Source: Fibrobacteria bacterium (lineage in GTDB: Bacteria; Fibrobacterota; Fibrobacteria; UBA11236). Taken from it: a stretch of 64,000 nt of DNA. The position numbers and the translations under genes were made by a program. The notes beneath the pieces are model-generated. The model saw nothing but the letters and a program-made list of their open reading frames with translations, searched no databases and was not told the DNA's origin. Shown one piece after another: positions 28,995 through 38,876 of this stretch (positions within the stretch are counted from its first letter, which is position 1; the number at the start of each line of letters is the position of its first letter). The stretch lies in contig JAYTSD010000044.1 of assembly GCA_043745805.1 (NCBI GenBank), positions 30,280 through 94,279 of the forward strand, in the 5' to 3' direction.

Positions 28995-30515
28995 TTAGGA
29001 AAATTGCTTTCCGAATTCCGTAAGAGCTTTTTTAACTTCAGCGGTCAATTCATCATCCAATTTTTTCTTCTCTTCAATAGAGTTGAGCATTTTGGAATAA
29101 TTAGCATCGAGGAAAGTCAATAAATCTTGTTCATACTTGGATATTTTATCTAAAGCGATTTCATCGGTGAAGCCATTCATACCAGCATACACGATTAAAA
29201 TTGTTTTGGAAATGCGAAAAGGAATATATTGCCCTTGGCGTAATAAATGAGTCATTCTTTCGCCGCGCGCCAATTGTCTTTGTGTGGCTTTATCCAAATC
29301 CGACGCAAATTGGGAGAAAGCGGCAAGTTCGCGGTATTGAGCTAAAGTCAAACGTAAAGGACCCGATACTTGTTTTGTCGCTTTAATTTGCGCATCACCA
29401 CCTACGCGCGAAACTGAAAGACCTACGTCTACGGCAGGGCGTTGGCCAGCATTGAATAAGTTTGCATCTAAAAATATTTGTCCATCGGTAATAGAAATAA
29501 CATTAGTAGGAATATAGGCGGAAACGTCACCGGCTTGGGTTTCAATAATCGGCAAAGCTGTTAATGAACCGCCGCCTTGGGCTTCGGAAAGTTTAGCAGC
29601 ACGTTCCAATAAACGGGAATGTAAATAAAATACATCACCCGGATAAGCTTCACGTCCTGGAGGACGACGTAACAATAAAGATAATTGACGATAAGCTTGT
29701 GCTTGTTTGGTTAAATCATCATAAATCAAAAGCGCATGTCCGCCATTGTACATGAAATATTCGCCCATGGTTACGCCGCAATAAGGCGCAAGATATTGTA
29801 GCGAAGCAGGATCGGAAGCATTAGCAGCGAGTACGCAAGTGTATTCCATCGCGCCGGCGCTTTTTAATTTTTCCACAATTTGTGCAATGGTACTTTGCTT
29901 TTGGCCAATGCCTACATAAATACACTTAACACCTTTGCCTTTTTGATTAATAATGGTGTCGATGGCAATTGCTGTTTTACCGGTTTTGCGATCGCCAATA
30001 ATCAATTCACGTTGACCACGGCCAATAGGAATCATGGTGTCAATAGCTTTGATACCGGTTTCTAAAGGTTCGCAAACATTTTGTCTTTCAATAATGCCAG
30101 GCGCTTTAACTTCGATAGGACGAGTATGTGTCATATCTAATGCAGGGCCACCATCAATAGGTTGGCCTAATGCATTAATGACGCGGCCTAAAATAGTATC
30201 GCCCACAGGAACGGATGCAATTTTTTTAGTGCGTCGAACCGTGTCGCCTTCTTTAACAGCATTGATATCACCTAAAAGCGCAATACCTACACTGTCGGCT
30301 TCTAAATTTAAAACGAGAGCAGAAATGGTTTTTTGCGAACCTTCTACTTCTACTAATTCACCAGCCATCACGTCGGATAAACCGAAAACGCGCGCGATAC
30401 CGTCACCTACCTGTAACACAGTGCCAACGGAATAAGTTTCCGCAGTAGTATCTATGCTCTCGAGTTGTTTTTTAAGTATGGAGGAAATTTCATCCGAACG
30501 GATATCTGTGGCCAT
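28995..30515 (-). CDS. atpA: ATP synthase alpha subunit
   Basis: [39 protein letters not shown]. Confidence 0.99.
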   Translation of the reverse strand: MATDIRSDEISSILKKQLESIDTTAETYSVGTVLQVGDGIARVFGLSDVMAGELVEVEGSQKTISALVLNLEADSVGIALLGDINAVKEGDTVRRTKKIASVPVGDTILGRVINALGQPIDGGPALDMTHTRPIEVKAPGIIERQNVCEPLETGIKAIDTMIPIGRGQRELIIGDRKTGKTAIAIDTIINQKGKGVKCIYVGIGQKQSTIAQIVEKLKSAGAMEYTCVLAANASDPASLQYLAPYCGVTMGEYFMYNGGHALLIYDDLTKQAQAYRQLSLLLRRPPGREAYPGDVFYLHSRLLERAAKLSEAQGGGSLTALPIIETQAGDVSAYIPTNVISITDGQIFLDANLFNAGQRPAVDVGLSVSRVGGDAQIKATKQVSGPLRLTLAQYRELAAFSQFASDLDKATQRQLARGERMTHLLRQGQYIPFRISKTILIVYAGMNGFTDEIALDKISKYEQDLLTFLDANYSKMLNSIEEKKKLDDELTAEVKKALTEFGKQFS

Positions 30516-30522
30516 AATTTTC

Positions 30523-31056
30523 CTATGCTGCTAATTTTCTTTTTAACACGTTCAACTGCGCTTTTACGCTGGAGTCGGTGATATGGTCGCCTTCCACAAT
30601 ACGGAATCCCGCAATGAGGCTGGCATCTAAAGTATTTTCAATAATGAATTTTTTTCCTGGCTGACGAGCGGTTAATTTGGAAGAAATTTTTTCCAACTGC
30701 TCGCTCGAAAGTTTTACTGCACTTACAACCGTAGCGCGTAAAATATTACGGCTATTTTCTTCCAGTACTAAAAACTGTTTGCTAATCGAAGAGAGATAAG
30801 CGAAACGATTTTTATGATAAAGTAAGTGAATAAATTTTTGCGTTAAGGGCTGCAATTTACTGAGCAATGAAGTTTTCAATAAATCCATTTTCTTATCATT
30901 GGCTAAGACAGGATTTTCGAGCACAGCTTGCAAGCGCGGAAAACTTTTAAAGGTTTCCAACAATAATTGAATGTCTTGCAATACCAAAGCTTGTGTGCTT
31001 GGTGTACAAGCCTCTAACAAGGTTTTGGCATATATCGCTGTGACTTTATTATTCAT
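30523..31056 (-). CDS. atpH: ATP synthase delta subunit
   Basis: [23 protein letters not shown]...DSSVKAQL; operon position. Confidence 0.93.
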   Translation of the reverse strand: MNNKVTAIYAKTLLEACTPSTQALVLQDIQLLLETFKSFPRLQAVLENPVLANDKKMDLLKTSLLSKLQPLTQKFIHLLYHKNRFAYLSSISKQFLVLEENSRNILRATVVSAVKLSSEQLEKISSKLTARQPGKKFIIENTLDASLIAGFRIVEGDHITDSSVKAQLNVLKRKLAA

Positions 31057-31067
31057 TACTTCTCAAC

Positions 31068-31673
31068 CTAAGCTTTATCTTTTACTGAAAGCTCATTGAT
31101 TAATTGATCCACTACTTGGCGATGTTTAGCATCATCCAAGCTTTGTTGCAATAATTTTTCGGCAACTTGTATGGCAAGGTCGGCTGTGGTCTTTTTTAAT
31201 TCAGACAAAGCGGCACTTTTAGCAATATCAATTTCACGTTTAGCCGATTCAAGAATTCTGGATTTTTCAGCATGCGCTGCTTCTTCCAGTTTCTTCCGCA
31301 ATTCTTCCGAAGCTTGACGCGTATTTTGCAATAGAGCGCTGGCTTCGGCACGGGCTTCCGTTAAAATTTTATTTTGCTCTTCGCCAATGCGTTTGGATTC
31401 AATTTGAATTTGATTGGCTTTATCCAAGCTATCCTTGATGCGTTTTTCACGTTCATCAACAGAAGCGAGAATTGGGCCCCATGCCATTTTTTTCAGGATG
31501 AGCAAAAGCACCACGAAGACAACAATAGACCAAATCCCGACACCGGGATCAAAAGTCATTAATTTAGGATCGCCGTGGCCGCTTTCTGCGGATGTTTCCG
31601 CATGTGTTTCCCCTGCAGGTGAACTTTCCGCTTGCGCGAATAATTCATAATTAATTCCTGATGACATAGACAC
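31068..31673 (-). CDS. atpF: ATP synthase F0 subunit b
   Basis: PGVGIWSIVVFVVLLLILKKMAWGPI..RE..I followed by a coiled coil. Confidence 0.95.
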   Translation of the reverse strand: MSMSSGINYELFAQAESSPAGETHAETSAESGHGDPKLMTFDPGVGIWSIVVFVVLLLILKKMAWGPILASVDEREKRIKDSLDKANQIQIESKRIGEEQNKILTEARAEASALLQNTRQASEELRKKLEEAAHAEKSRILESAKREIDIAKSAALSELKKTTADLAIQVAEKLLQQSLDDAKHRQVVDQLINELSVKDKA

Positions 31674-31694
31674 TCCGAAGTTACGCCTCAGCCT

Positions 31695-31931
31695 TTATTT
31701 GGCTGTAGCTAAAAGAATGCAAATAACTTGTGCGAACAAGGCCACACCTTCCACCAAAGCGGCGGCGATAAGCATATTGGTACGAATAATACCAACTTGT
31801 TCGGGTTGACGAGCAATGCCTTCGAGAGCAGAGCCAGCCAAGCGGCCAATGCCAATGCCTGCGCCGATAGCGGCCAAGCCAGCACCAATGCCGGCGGAAA
31901 GATATCCCATACTAACTGAATCAAGTGCCAT
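31695..31931 (-). CDS. atpE: ATP synthase F0 subunit c (78 aa, H+-type)
   Basis: Start MALDSV after an AAGGAG RBS; GAGIGIG, ARQPE, AALVEGV. Confidence 0.96.
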   Translation of the reverse strand: MALDSVSMGYLSAGIGAGLAAIGAGIGIGRLAGSALEGIARQPEQVGIIRTNMLIAAALVEGVALFAQVICILLATAK

Positions 31932-31951
31932 ACTGATCTCCTTTTTTTTGA

Positions 31952-32809
31952 TTAATGTTCTTGATGCAAGGCCATGCCGATAAACAGCGAGGCCAAAAGC
32001 GTAAAGACGAAGGCTTGCAAAAATGCAACTAAAACTTCGATCATGTAAATGAAAAGCGTAAAACCCAAAAAGGGTCCTACAAAAAGCCAACTCTTAAACA
32101 CAGCAATTAAACCGAGCAAAGAAAGAATTAGAATATGGCCAGCTGCCATATTAGCGAAAAGACGAATAGCCAAAGCAAAAGCCTTAGTGAACAAACCAAG
32201 AATTTCAATAGGAGCAATAATTGGCAAAACAAAAACCGGCACGCCCTTAGGAATAAGATTGGATAAATAATGACCCACGCCATTATGCATCATGCCAGCG
32301 ATATTAAAAACAATAAAGATCATGATGGATAAAGCGGCGGTGATATTGACATTGGAAGCGGCTGAAGGGAAACCTGGAATCAAACCGATAACATTGAGGC
32401 CGAGAATAAAAGTGAAAAGCGTAAGAAAAAATGGCATCCATTTGGGCGCTTCTTTTTCCCCTAAGTTGGGAACAATAATGTCATTGCGTACAAATAAAAC
32501 CAAAGCTTCCATAGCATAACCAAATTTAGAAGTGGGTAATAATGCTTGGCGTTTGCCCGCAAGTCCAAACACAACCAATAATAAAACCATAGCCAGAAGC
32601 ATCATCAACACATGTAAGCTTATGCCCATTTCCACGCCGCCAATTTGGATATGCGCAGGCAGAGGAATAATAGGGCCACCGGGAATGGGACGCCATTGAT
32701 CCGAATTGGCCATATGATGCATGATAAATTCGCCGAGACTTTCCGCGCCAAGGCTTGGTAAAGCAAGGAAAGAAAATACTAAGGAAGATAACCAGACTTT
32801 AAGCTTCAT
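31952..32809 (-). CDS. atpB: ATP synthase F0 subunit a
   Basis: IMHH, NVIGLIPG, ALAIRLFANMAAGH, LQAFVFTLL; start MKLKVW chosen. Confidence 0.96.
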   Translation of the reverse strand: MKLKVWLSSLVFSFLALPSLGAESLGEFIMHHMANSDQWRPIPGGPIIPLPAHIQIGGVEMGISLHVLMMLLAMVLLLVVFGLAGKRQALLPTSKFGYAMEALVLFVRNDIIVPNLGEKEAPKWMPFFLTLFTFILGLNVIGLIPGFPSAASNVNITAALSIMIFIVFNIAGMMHNGVGHYLSNLIPKGVPVFVLPIIAPIEILGLFTKAFALAIRLFANMAAGHILILSLLGLIAVFKSWLFVGPFLGFTLFIYMIEVLVAFLQAFVFTLLASLFIGMALHQEH

Positions 32810-33347
32810 GCGGGTAAAACAATATCCTTTGATGCGAAATGAAATGGCGGATTTCCACAATTTGAAAAACGACGAAAGCTAAAAGCGAAGTAATAATATA
32901 GGCCATTAAAATATCGCGTGAAAAATATTGCAAGGCAATAAAAACAAGGAGACCAATGCATAGCATACGCGATAACATGCCGGTTACATATAGGCGCATG
33001 GGGTTTTGTGATTTAAACCAATAAAGAGGAAATACCGCAAAAATGGCATTCAGGGCCATGATGAAAATAGCGCTGAAGCCTAAAATTTTATTATAAGTCG
33101 CGATTTTCAAACTGGCCACATAAACGAGGCTTGCGAGCACACATCCAATCAAAATTATGTTTTTCAAATAAACTCGCAATTTATTCCTGTTTCTTTTTTC
33201 AATTTTTATGGCCTCAATAGTAATCAAGGCTAGCGGGGATTTAAAGGTTTTTTTGTTGCAAAAATATCTAAACCCTATTTCTATTAATTGATCTTCAGAT
33301 TTTTTTTGATTTCTGTTCCGATTTTTTAATAGCAGAATAAACTGCAT
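32799..33347 (-). CDS. AtpI-like membrane protein (true start probably about 33184)
   Basis: Four hydrophobic segments; located between atpZ and atpB. Confidence 0.6.
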   Translation of the reverse strand: MQFILLLKNRNRNQKKSEDQLIEIGFRYFCNKKTFKSPLALITIEAIKIEKRNRNKLRVYLKNIILIGCVLASLVYVASLKIATYNKILGFSAIFIMALNAIFAVFPLYWFKSQNPMRLYVTGMLSRMLCIGLLVFIALQYFSRDILMAYIITSLLAFVVFQIVEIRHFISHQRILFYPHEA

Positions 33348-33519
33348 AGCCAGAAGTGGCGAAGCCTAGCAGTACTCCCAAGAGCAGGAAAATAGGTGCA
33401 CTGGCTAATTTTCTATCGAGATTAATTCCTGCATAAGTGAATAAGCCCAATGACAAAGCGATAATCCAGCCTAAATTCAAAAATAAGCCAATATCGCTTA
33501 AGCCTTTATTTTCTTTCAT
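33295..33519 (-). CDS. AtpZ/AtpI-family protein
   Basis: LG..IA...GLFTYAG..LDRKL...PIFLLLGVLLG pattern. Confidence 0.85.
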   Translation of the reverse strand: MKENKGLSDIGLFLNLGWIIALSLGLFTYAGINLDRKLASAPIFLLLGVLLGFATSGYAVYSAIKKSEQKSKKI

Positions 33520-33850
33520 CTGTCGACATGGAGCAATTACCTTGGAAATGAGCGCCTTCGTTAATTACTAAATCTCGAGTGACCAAATCTCCTTTTAAAG
33601 TGGATTTGGATTCTAAGACGATTTTTTCCGATGCCTTGATATTTCCCACAATAAGTCCGGCAATAGTGGCGGACTTAACTCTTATATCGCCTTCGATTTT
33701 ACCGCCCGCACAAAGCACTAAAGTTCCTCCGGTTAATACGGAACCTTGAATGGTTCCTTCAATACGCAAATCATGTTCTACTGAAATATCACCGGTGATA
33801 ATAGTTCCTTCGGCAATGGAGGTCATGCTGGTGGGTCCTGATTTAGACAT
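33506..33850 (-). CDS. Bactofilin (polymer-forming cytoskeletal protein)
   Basis: IAEGTIITGDI...LRIEG.I.G...INEGAHFQGNCSM. Confidence 0.92.
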   Translation of the reverse strand: MSKSGPTSMTSIAEGTIITGDISVEHDLRIEGTIQGSVLTGGTLVLCAGGKIEGDIRVKSATIAGLIVGNIKASEKIVLESKSTLKGDLVTRDLVINEGAHFQGNCSMSTDERK

Positions 33851-33856
33851 ATTTCC

Positions 33857-34669
33857 TCATTTCAAAAAGTTAAGGGGATCGACGGATTGTCCTTGAATGA
33901 ATATTTCATAATGCATATGCGGGCCGATATTGTTGCCGGTATTTCCTACGGTTCCAATTGCGCTGCCTTTATTCACATGATCGCCCATTTGCACATAGGC
34001 GCGGCTGAGATGTGCATAAATGGTGATAGTTCCTGGAGCATGTTCAATTTTCACATAACGACCTAAATCTCTATCTCGGTCCGATTGCAAAACTAATCCT
34101 TGCGCTGTGCTAACCACTAGAGCATTGCTTTCGGTAAGAATATCAATACCCGATTTTTGATTTTGTTTTTTACCTGCAATGAGTTTTTGATCAATGATTC
34201 CAGATACGGGCCAAATATCGGGAGTTAAATCGGAGCCAAGAAATTTATCCTTAAATTTTGCGAGTCGGATGGCTTTTGCCTTTAAAACAAAATTGACTAA
34301 GTAATTTGCATTATGGGCCTGATGGGCAGCTATTCTTTGGTCATCGGATTTTTCGGGCTTAATGAAGGTTTGCAGCAAACCGCGTATGCGACTTTCTTGT
34401 TCATAAATGCGCGATACTTCTTGCTCGAGTAAAATTATTTTTCTTTGCTTTTCTAGGAGAAGTTGATTTTTTTGGGCAAGATGATTGGCTAATAAAACCT
34501 TGCTATTAATTTCTCCCAATTTAAGCGCTGCAAAAGCGACTGCAAAAAGAGCGATGACTATGGAATAAAAAAGAAATTCAAAAAAACGATAGCGAAGTTT
34601 TAATACCCAGCTTTCGGTGGAATCGTCCGGAATAATTTGAATTGTGATATAGCGTTTTTTCTTCTGCAC
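33857..34669 (-). CDS. M23-family peptidase-like protein
   Basis: TM plus coiled coil; WPVSG, GIDI, YAHL, GNTG...GPHMHYEI; the first HxxxD His is replaced (KSGID). Confidence 0.85.
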   Translation of the reverse strand: MQKKKRYITIQIIPDDSTESWVLKLRYRFFEFLFYSIVIALFAVAFAALKLGEINSKVLLANHLAQKNQLLLEKQRKIILLEQEVSRIYEQESRIRGLLQTFIKPEKSDDQRIAAHQAHNANYLVNFVLKAKAIRLAKFKDKFLGSDLTPDIWPVSGIIDQKLIAGKKQNQKSGIDILTESNALVVSTAQGLVLQSDRDRDLGRYVKIEHAPGTITIYAHLSRAYVQMGDHVNKGSAIGTVGNTGNNIGPHMHYEIFIQGQSVDPLNFLK

Positions 34670-34678
34670 TATATTCCC

Positions 34679-35548
34679 CTAAACTCCGCTTTCAAAACCC
34701 TTTTTTATCAAATTTCCCAAATTCTCCAAATCTTGGCGAGACATATAATGGATTTCCAAAATCCCTTTATTTTCACTGCCTTTAATTTCCACCTTAGTGC
34801 CTAAATAATGGCGCATCTTTTCAGTGAAGGCATTAATGTGCGGATTGCTTGGTGAACCTTTAATCGGTTTAATAGTGCGTAATCCATGCTGTGCATTTTT
34901 TTCGGTGGCACGAACATTCAAGTTTTTGTCTATGATTTTGCGAGCGAGTATTATTTGTTTGGCTGGACTTTCGTTTAATAAAGCTCTTCCATGTCCAGCG
35001 GTGATTTTTCCTTCGCGAATAAAAGTTTGCACTTCTTCATGCAATTTTAATAGGCGTAAAGTATTGGTAATGGCTGAACGGCTTTTGCTCATTTTGGTTG
35101 CAAGCACTTCATGGGTTAAGCCACATTCATCGATGAGCTTTTCATAAGCTATGGCTTCTTCAATGGGATTTAATTGCACGCGTTGCAAATTTTCAATCAA
35201 CGCAATTTCCATCATGTCGCGATCGGAAAGAGATTCGCGCACCAAAGCTTTAATGGTTTTTAATTGCAGAGATTGCGTGGCGCGAAAGCGACGTTCGCCG
35301 GCTACGAGTTGATATTCATTACCATGACGTCTTAATAAAACTGGTTGCAGAATTCCCTTCTCACGAATGGATTCGGCTAATTCTTTGATTTCTTCCGGAT
35401 TAAATTCTAAGCGCGGTTGAAAAGGATTGGGTTTTATTTTTGTGAGTTCAATATCATGAACGGATTCCCCTGTTTCAGGAGAAACAACTTCGGTGCCAAT
35501 ATTCCCAAATATAGCTTCGAGACCTTTGCCTAAGGCTTTCCTAGACAT
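34679..35548 (-). CDS. parB: Chromosome partitioning protein ParB
   Basis: LGKGL, PNPFQPR, GILQP, VAGERRFRA, ALIENLQR, GHGRAL. Confidence 0.97.
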   Translation of the reverse strand: MSRKALGKGLEAIFGNIGTEVVSPETGESVHDIELTKIKPNPFQPRLEFNPEEIKELAESIREKGILQPVLLRRHGNEYQLVAGERRFRATQSLQLKTIKALVRESLSDRDMMEIALIENLQRVQLNPIEEAIAYEKLIDECGLTHEVLATKMSKSRSAITNTLRLLKLHEEVQTFIREGKITAGHGRALLNESPAKQIILARKIIDKNLNVRATEKNAQHGLRTIKPIKGSPSNPHINAFTEKMRHYLGTKVEIKGSENKGILEIHYMSRQDLENLGNLIKKGFESGV

Positions 35549-36317
35549 TATTCAAAATCTCCTTAGCCAATTCCATATAGCGAATGGCACCTGTGCTGAC
35601 CACATCATAAAGAATAATCGGTTTACCAAAAGAAGGCGCTTCACTCAATTTTACGCTGCGGGGAATAATGGTTTTAAAAACTTTTTCGGAAAAAGTATTC
35701 TGCACATCTTCGGCAACTTGTTTAGACAAATTCAAGCGGCTATCATACATGGTCATGAGCGCGCCTTCAATCGTCAATTTTGGATTGATATTTTGTTGCA
35801 CTAAACGAATGGTATTTAAGAGTTCGGCCAAACCTTGTAAAGCGTAATATTCACATTGAATAGGGATAAGCACCGAATCCGCTGCGGCCAAAACATTTAA
35901 GGTTAATATGCTAAGGCTAGGAGGCGAGTCGATAAAGATGAAATCGTAATCGCCTTTGATAGTTTCTAAAACCTTCGCTAAACGTTTTTCGCGTTGAGGT
36001 TGGGTAATCAGCTGTACTTCTAAACCTGCCAAAGAACGAGTGCAAGGCAAAAGATCCAAGTATTTCATATTCGAATGCATAATGAAGCGTCGGGTATCTT
36101 CGGCTTTAATATCACCGGCCGCTAAAACCAGCGCATCATAAATGTCTTCTTCAGGAACTTTATCTACACCTAAACCTTGGGTAGCATTTCCTTGTGGATC
36201 CATATCCACCAATAAAACTTTTTTTTCCATGGCGGCTAAAGCCGCAGCCGTATTAACGCAAGTTGTGGTTTTACCTACGCCTCCCTTTTGATTACAGGCG
36301 GCTATAATTCGGGTCAA
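35541..36317 (-). CDS. parA: Chromosome partitioning ATPase ParA/Soj
   Basis: NQKGGVGKTT, DMDPQGNAT, DSPPSL, PIQCEYYAL, EAPSFG. Confidence 0.97.
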   Translation of the reverse strand: MTRIIAACNQKGGVGKTTTCVNTAAALAAMEKKVLLVDMDPQGNATQGLGVDKVPEEDIYDALVLAAGDIKAEDTRRFIMHSNMKYLDLLPCTRSLAGLEVQLITQPQREKRLAKVLETIKGDYDFIFIDSPPSLSILTLNVLAAADSVLIPIQCEYYALQGLAELLNTIRLVQQNINPKLTIEGALMTMYDSRLNLSKQVAEDVQNTFSEKVFKTIIPRSVKLSEAPSFGKPIILYDVVSTGAIRYMELAKEILNNV

Positions 36318-36931
36318 GCTTCACCTGTTTTTTCCGCAATAACCACATTAAATGCTTTAGCATGATGGGGAAGTTTATAGGGATGATTGGTGACCTTGGC
36401 ATAACCTTCGGGAATAACTGTTTCTTCTCCGGCTTTGAAGGTCATGAACAAACCACCGGGCTTGAGCATTTTATAAGATAAGCGCGCGTCGCGAGAGAAC
36501 TCTCCAAAAGCGCGTGAGCAAACCACGTCCATGTGAGAAAGAAAAACTCTTTCCACTCTTTCGGTAAGCACATGTAAATTGGGAATGCGAATTTCACGGA
36601 TGATTTCTGCGATCAGAGCCGATTTTTTGGTTTTCACTTCGATGGCAAAAATATCAATGTCAGGACAAGCGATGGCAAGAGGAACGGAAGGCAAGCCAAT
36701 TCCGCTTCCCATATCCGCCAACTTATTGACATCATGAAAGAAGGGGATGAGTTGCAAGGAGTCGACAATATGTCTTTCCCAAATAGAGCTCATATCTTCT
36801 TCGCTGACTAAATTCACATTTTTGCTCCACTTGGTGAGCAAGCTCTCTAAATCTCTAAGTTTTTTGAGAGTCTTTTCGTCTAATTTCGTGGTTTCCATAA
36901 GGAGATCTAACATGGCGATCAAAAATATCAT
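36314..36931 (-). CDS. rsmG: 16S rRNA m7G527 methyltransferase
   Basis: W...NLVS, RHIVDSL, DMGSGIGLP, SRAF; start may be a few codons downstream. Confidence 0.92.
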   Translation of the reverse strand: MIFLIAMLDLLMETTKLDEKTLKKLRDLESLLTKWSKNVNLVSEEDMSSIWERHIVDSLQLIPFFHDVNKLADMGSGIGLPSVPLAIACPDIDIFAIEVKTKKSALIAEIIREIRIPNLHVLTERVERVFLSHMDVVCSRAFGEFSRDARLSYKMLKPGGLFMTFKAGEETVIPEGYAKVTNHPYKLPHHAKAFNVVIAEKTGEA

Positions 36932-36986
36932 AAAGTTTTTTTATTTCAATGTTTTTATTGCTACTGGCATAATGAGTCTGCCTTAA

Positions 36987-37002
36987 TGTTTCACGTGAAA
37001 CA
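36987..37002. promoter_or_regulatory. parS: parS centromere site 1
   Basis: TGTTTCACGTGAAACA, perfect consensus. Confidence 0.95.
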
Positions 37003-37053
37003 TATTTTGCTTCGCTTGTTTTCGACAATTTACCGAGATCAAAGGGCTTACAT

Positions 37054-37069
37054 TGTTTCACGTGAAACA
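37054..37069. promoter_or_regulatory. parS: parS centromere site 2
   Basis: TGTTTCACGTGAAACA, perfect consensus. Confidence 0.95.
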
Positions 37070-37071
37070 AT

Positions 37072-37908
37072 TCAAATTTTCCAACGACGATGTGCCCAGC
37101 CATACCAAAAAGTGGGGTGAATGCGAATAAGGCTTTCTAACCAACGATGATAATTCTTTATCAAATCTTCAGGTGATTGAAAATAGCCAATTGGATATTC
37201 GCAAATACGAATTTGTCCATGGGGGAGCAGAGTGGCGAAATATATAGGCATGGGAATTTGTTTATATAGATATAAGGGGAGTGGATTTAGAGAAATGGTT
37301 TGTTGAAAGAAAAGTGTTTGCGTTCTGCTTTGCTTTTTATTTTGATCGTAGCGTTGATCCCAAAGAAAACCTAAGGTGTTTTTTTGAGCAATAAAGTTCT
37401 TGGCTTCATGCGCAATATTTTCTGAATAAATCTTTAATCCAATGCGGCAGCGTAATTTTCGCAAAAGATTATTGGCCCAAGTAATTTTTAAAGGGAGGGC
37501 GATAGCTTGTAAAGCGATGCCTTGTTGACTAAGCCAGCTTCCCATAAACTCCCAATGATGAAAATGAGCGGTTAAAAGCAAGCCTCCATTTGTTTGCATG
37601 GAATTGAGTTTTTTTCGATCTTTTTCGCGAATGAATATTTCTTTTCCATAAACCCCATGCAGAAAGCGAAAGAGATCTTGAGCGGCATCATAATAAAATT
37701 GATACAAAAAAAGGTTTTCATTCCTGATTTGCTTTTTCATTTCTGTAATAGTCAGGTTTTGTAAAATGGTTTTTCTTTTCCAAGCGAAAGAGAAAAGCGC
37801 AAGGGCAAATATGCTGGCTAGGGTGGAAATATAAAGGCCATAAAGTGCGCGTAAAACTCGATTATTTGAAATTAAAGAGACGACTGGTCTAGGCATTTTT
37901 GCAAACAT
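37072..37908 (-). CDS. Lipid A late acyltransferase (LpxL/HtrB-like) family
   Basis: LLTAHFHHWE (HxxxxE), GFLWDQ, FF, IRIHPTFWYGWAHRRWK. Confidence 0.8.
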   Translation of the reverse strand: MFAKMPRPVVSLISNNRVLRALYGLYISTLASIFALALFSFAWKRKTILQNLTITEMKKQIRNENLFLYQFYYDAAQDLFRFLHGVYGKEIFIREKDRKKLNSMQTNGGLLLTAHFHHWEFMGSWLSQQGIALQAIALPLKITWANNLLRKLRCRIGLKIYSENIAHEAKNFIAQKNTLGFLWDQRYDQNKKQSRTQTLFFQQTISLNPLPLYLYKQIPMPIYFATLLPHGQIRICEYPIGYFQSPEDLIKNYHRWLESLIRIHPTFWYGWAHRRWKI

Positions 37909-38064
37909 AAATCCGAAAAATCATTTGTCCTGCAAAATTTACAGTAAACAAATCCACATAAAGCAATTTATATGCAAAATAATGTGATTTAAATTTGATA
38001 AGCCCTTGAATAAACACTAGATCGGTAATTAGCTTTATGCGCTAAATTTAAATTTGGAATTCCA

Positions 38065-38226
38065 ATGAAAAGAACTTTTCAACCTCGAAACAAAAAAAGA
38101 ATCAATAAGCATGGTTTTCGTACGCGCATGGCGACGAAAGATGGTCGTGCGATTCTGTCCTCTCGTAGAGCTAAAGGTCGCCACCGTTTGACGGTTAGTG
38201 ACACTATGGCGTATAAGGACATCTAG
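38065..38226 (+). CDS. rpmH: 50S ribosomal protein L34
   Basis: Manual translation [53 protein letters not shown]; shorter than the ORF-track entries. Confidence 0.97.
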   Translation: MKRTFQPRNKKRINKHGFRTRMATKDGRAILSSRRAKGRHRLTVSDTMAYKDI

Positions 38227-38243
38227 TATTTAGGGGAAAGTGA

Positions 38244-38636
38244 ATGCTTTCACCTTCCAGCCCAAACGGCTCAGACAAACCAAGCCCCACTCGCTTAAAA
38301 GACCTACGGGTAAATAAACCGTGGATGTACAGACAGGTGTTTGAGAAAGGGAAAGTGATCAAAAGCTTTCCCTTAGGTTTGCGTTTTTATTTCCCTGAAG
38401 AAACCGATAGGCATCGCGTGGGATTTATTATCCGAAAAAAACTAGGTAAGGCGCATGTACGAAATATATTTCGTCGAGCCTTGCGTCTGATTTTCCAAGA
38501 AGCCCATCCGCATTTTAAACAACAATTATGGATAGTTTTTGAAGTCTATCCTGCAGCATTGACCTTAAGCCTGTCGCAGTTTCGCCACCAAGCTCAAAAT
38601 TTAGTGGCGAGCATAACTTTTCCAGGTCACCCATGA
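38244..38636 (+). CDS. rnpA: Ribonuclease P protein component
   Basis: RVGFIIRKKLGKAHVRNIFRR; follows rpmH. Confidence 0.9.
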   Translation: MLSPSSPNGSDKPSPTRLKDLRVNKPWMYRQVFEKGKVIKSFPLGLRFYFPEETDRHRVGFIIRKKLGKAHVRNIFRRALRLIFQEAHPHFKQQLWIVFEVYPAALTLSLSQFRHQAQNLVASITFPGHP

Positions 38637-38866
38637 AAACCCTAGTGATTGGTTTGATACGGTTTTATCAAGCTTTGCACGGATCTTTTTTTTGGGGCTC
38701 TTGTCGCTTTCACCCTACTTGTTCCGCCTATGCCATCGAAGCATTGCAGCAGCGCGGTTGGGTAAAGGGATCGTTACTTACATGTTACAGGGTACTTAGA
38801 TGTAACCCTTTTTGCCGTGGCGGCTGGGACCCTGTTCCAGAAAAGCACGGCCAAGAAATCCTTTGA
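38633..38866 (+). CDS. yidD: Membrane protein insertion efficiency factor
   Basis: CRFHPTCSAYA, RVLRCNPF..GGWDPVP. Confidence 0.95.
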   Translation: MKTLVIGLIRFYQALHGSFFWGSCRFHPTCSAYAIEALQQRGWVKGSLLTCYRVLRCNPFCRGGWDPVPEKHGQEIL

Positions 38867-38876
38867 GGAGAATAAA

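Noticed and set aside
31932-32090. N-terminal extension of atpE in the ORF track (131 aa)
   Set aside because: Overlaps atpB; the RBS and typical c-subunit length support the start at 31931
36855-37103. 82-aa ORF containing VSRET
   Set aside because: VSRET is simply the translation of the parS palindrome; the region is non-coding
37909-38064. oriC upstream of rpmH
   Set aside because: AT-rich but only one degenerate DnaA-box-like sequence (AAATCCACA)
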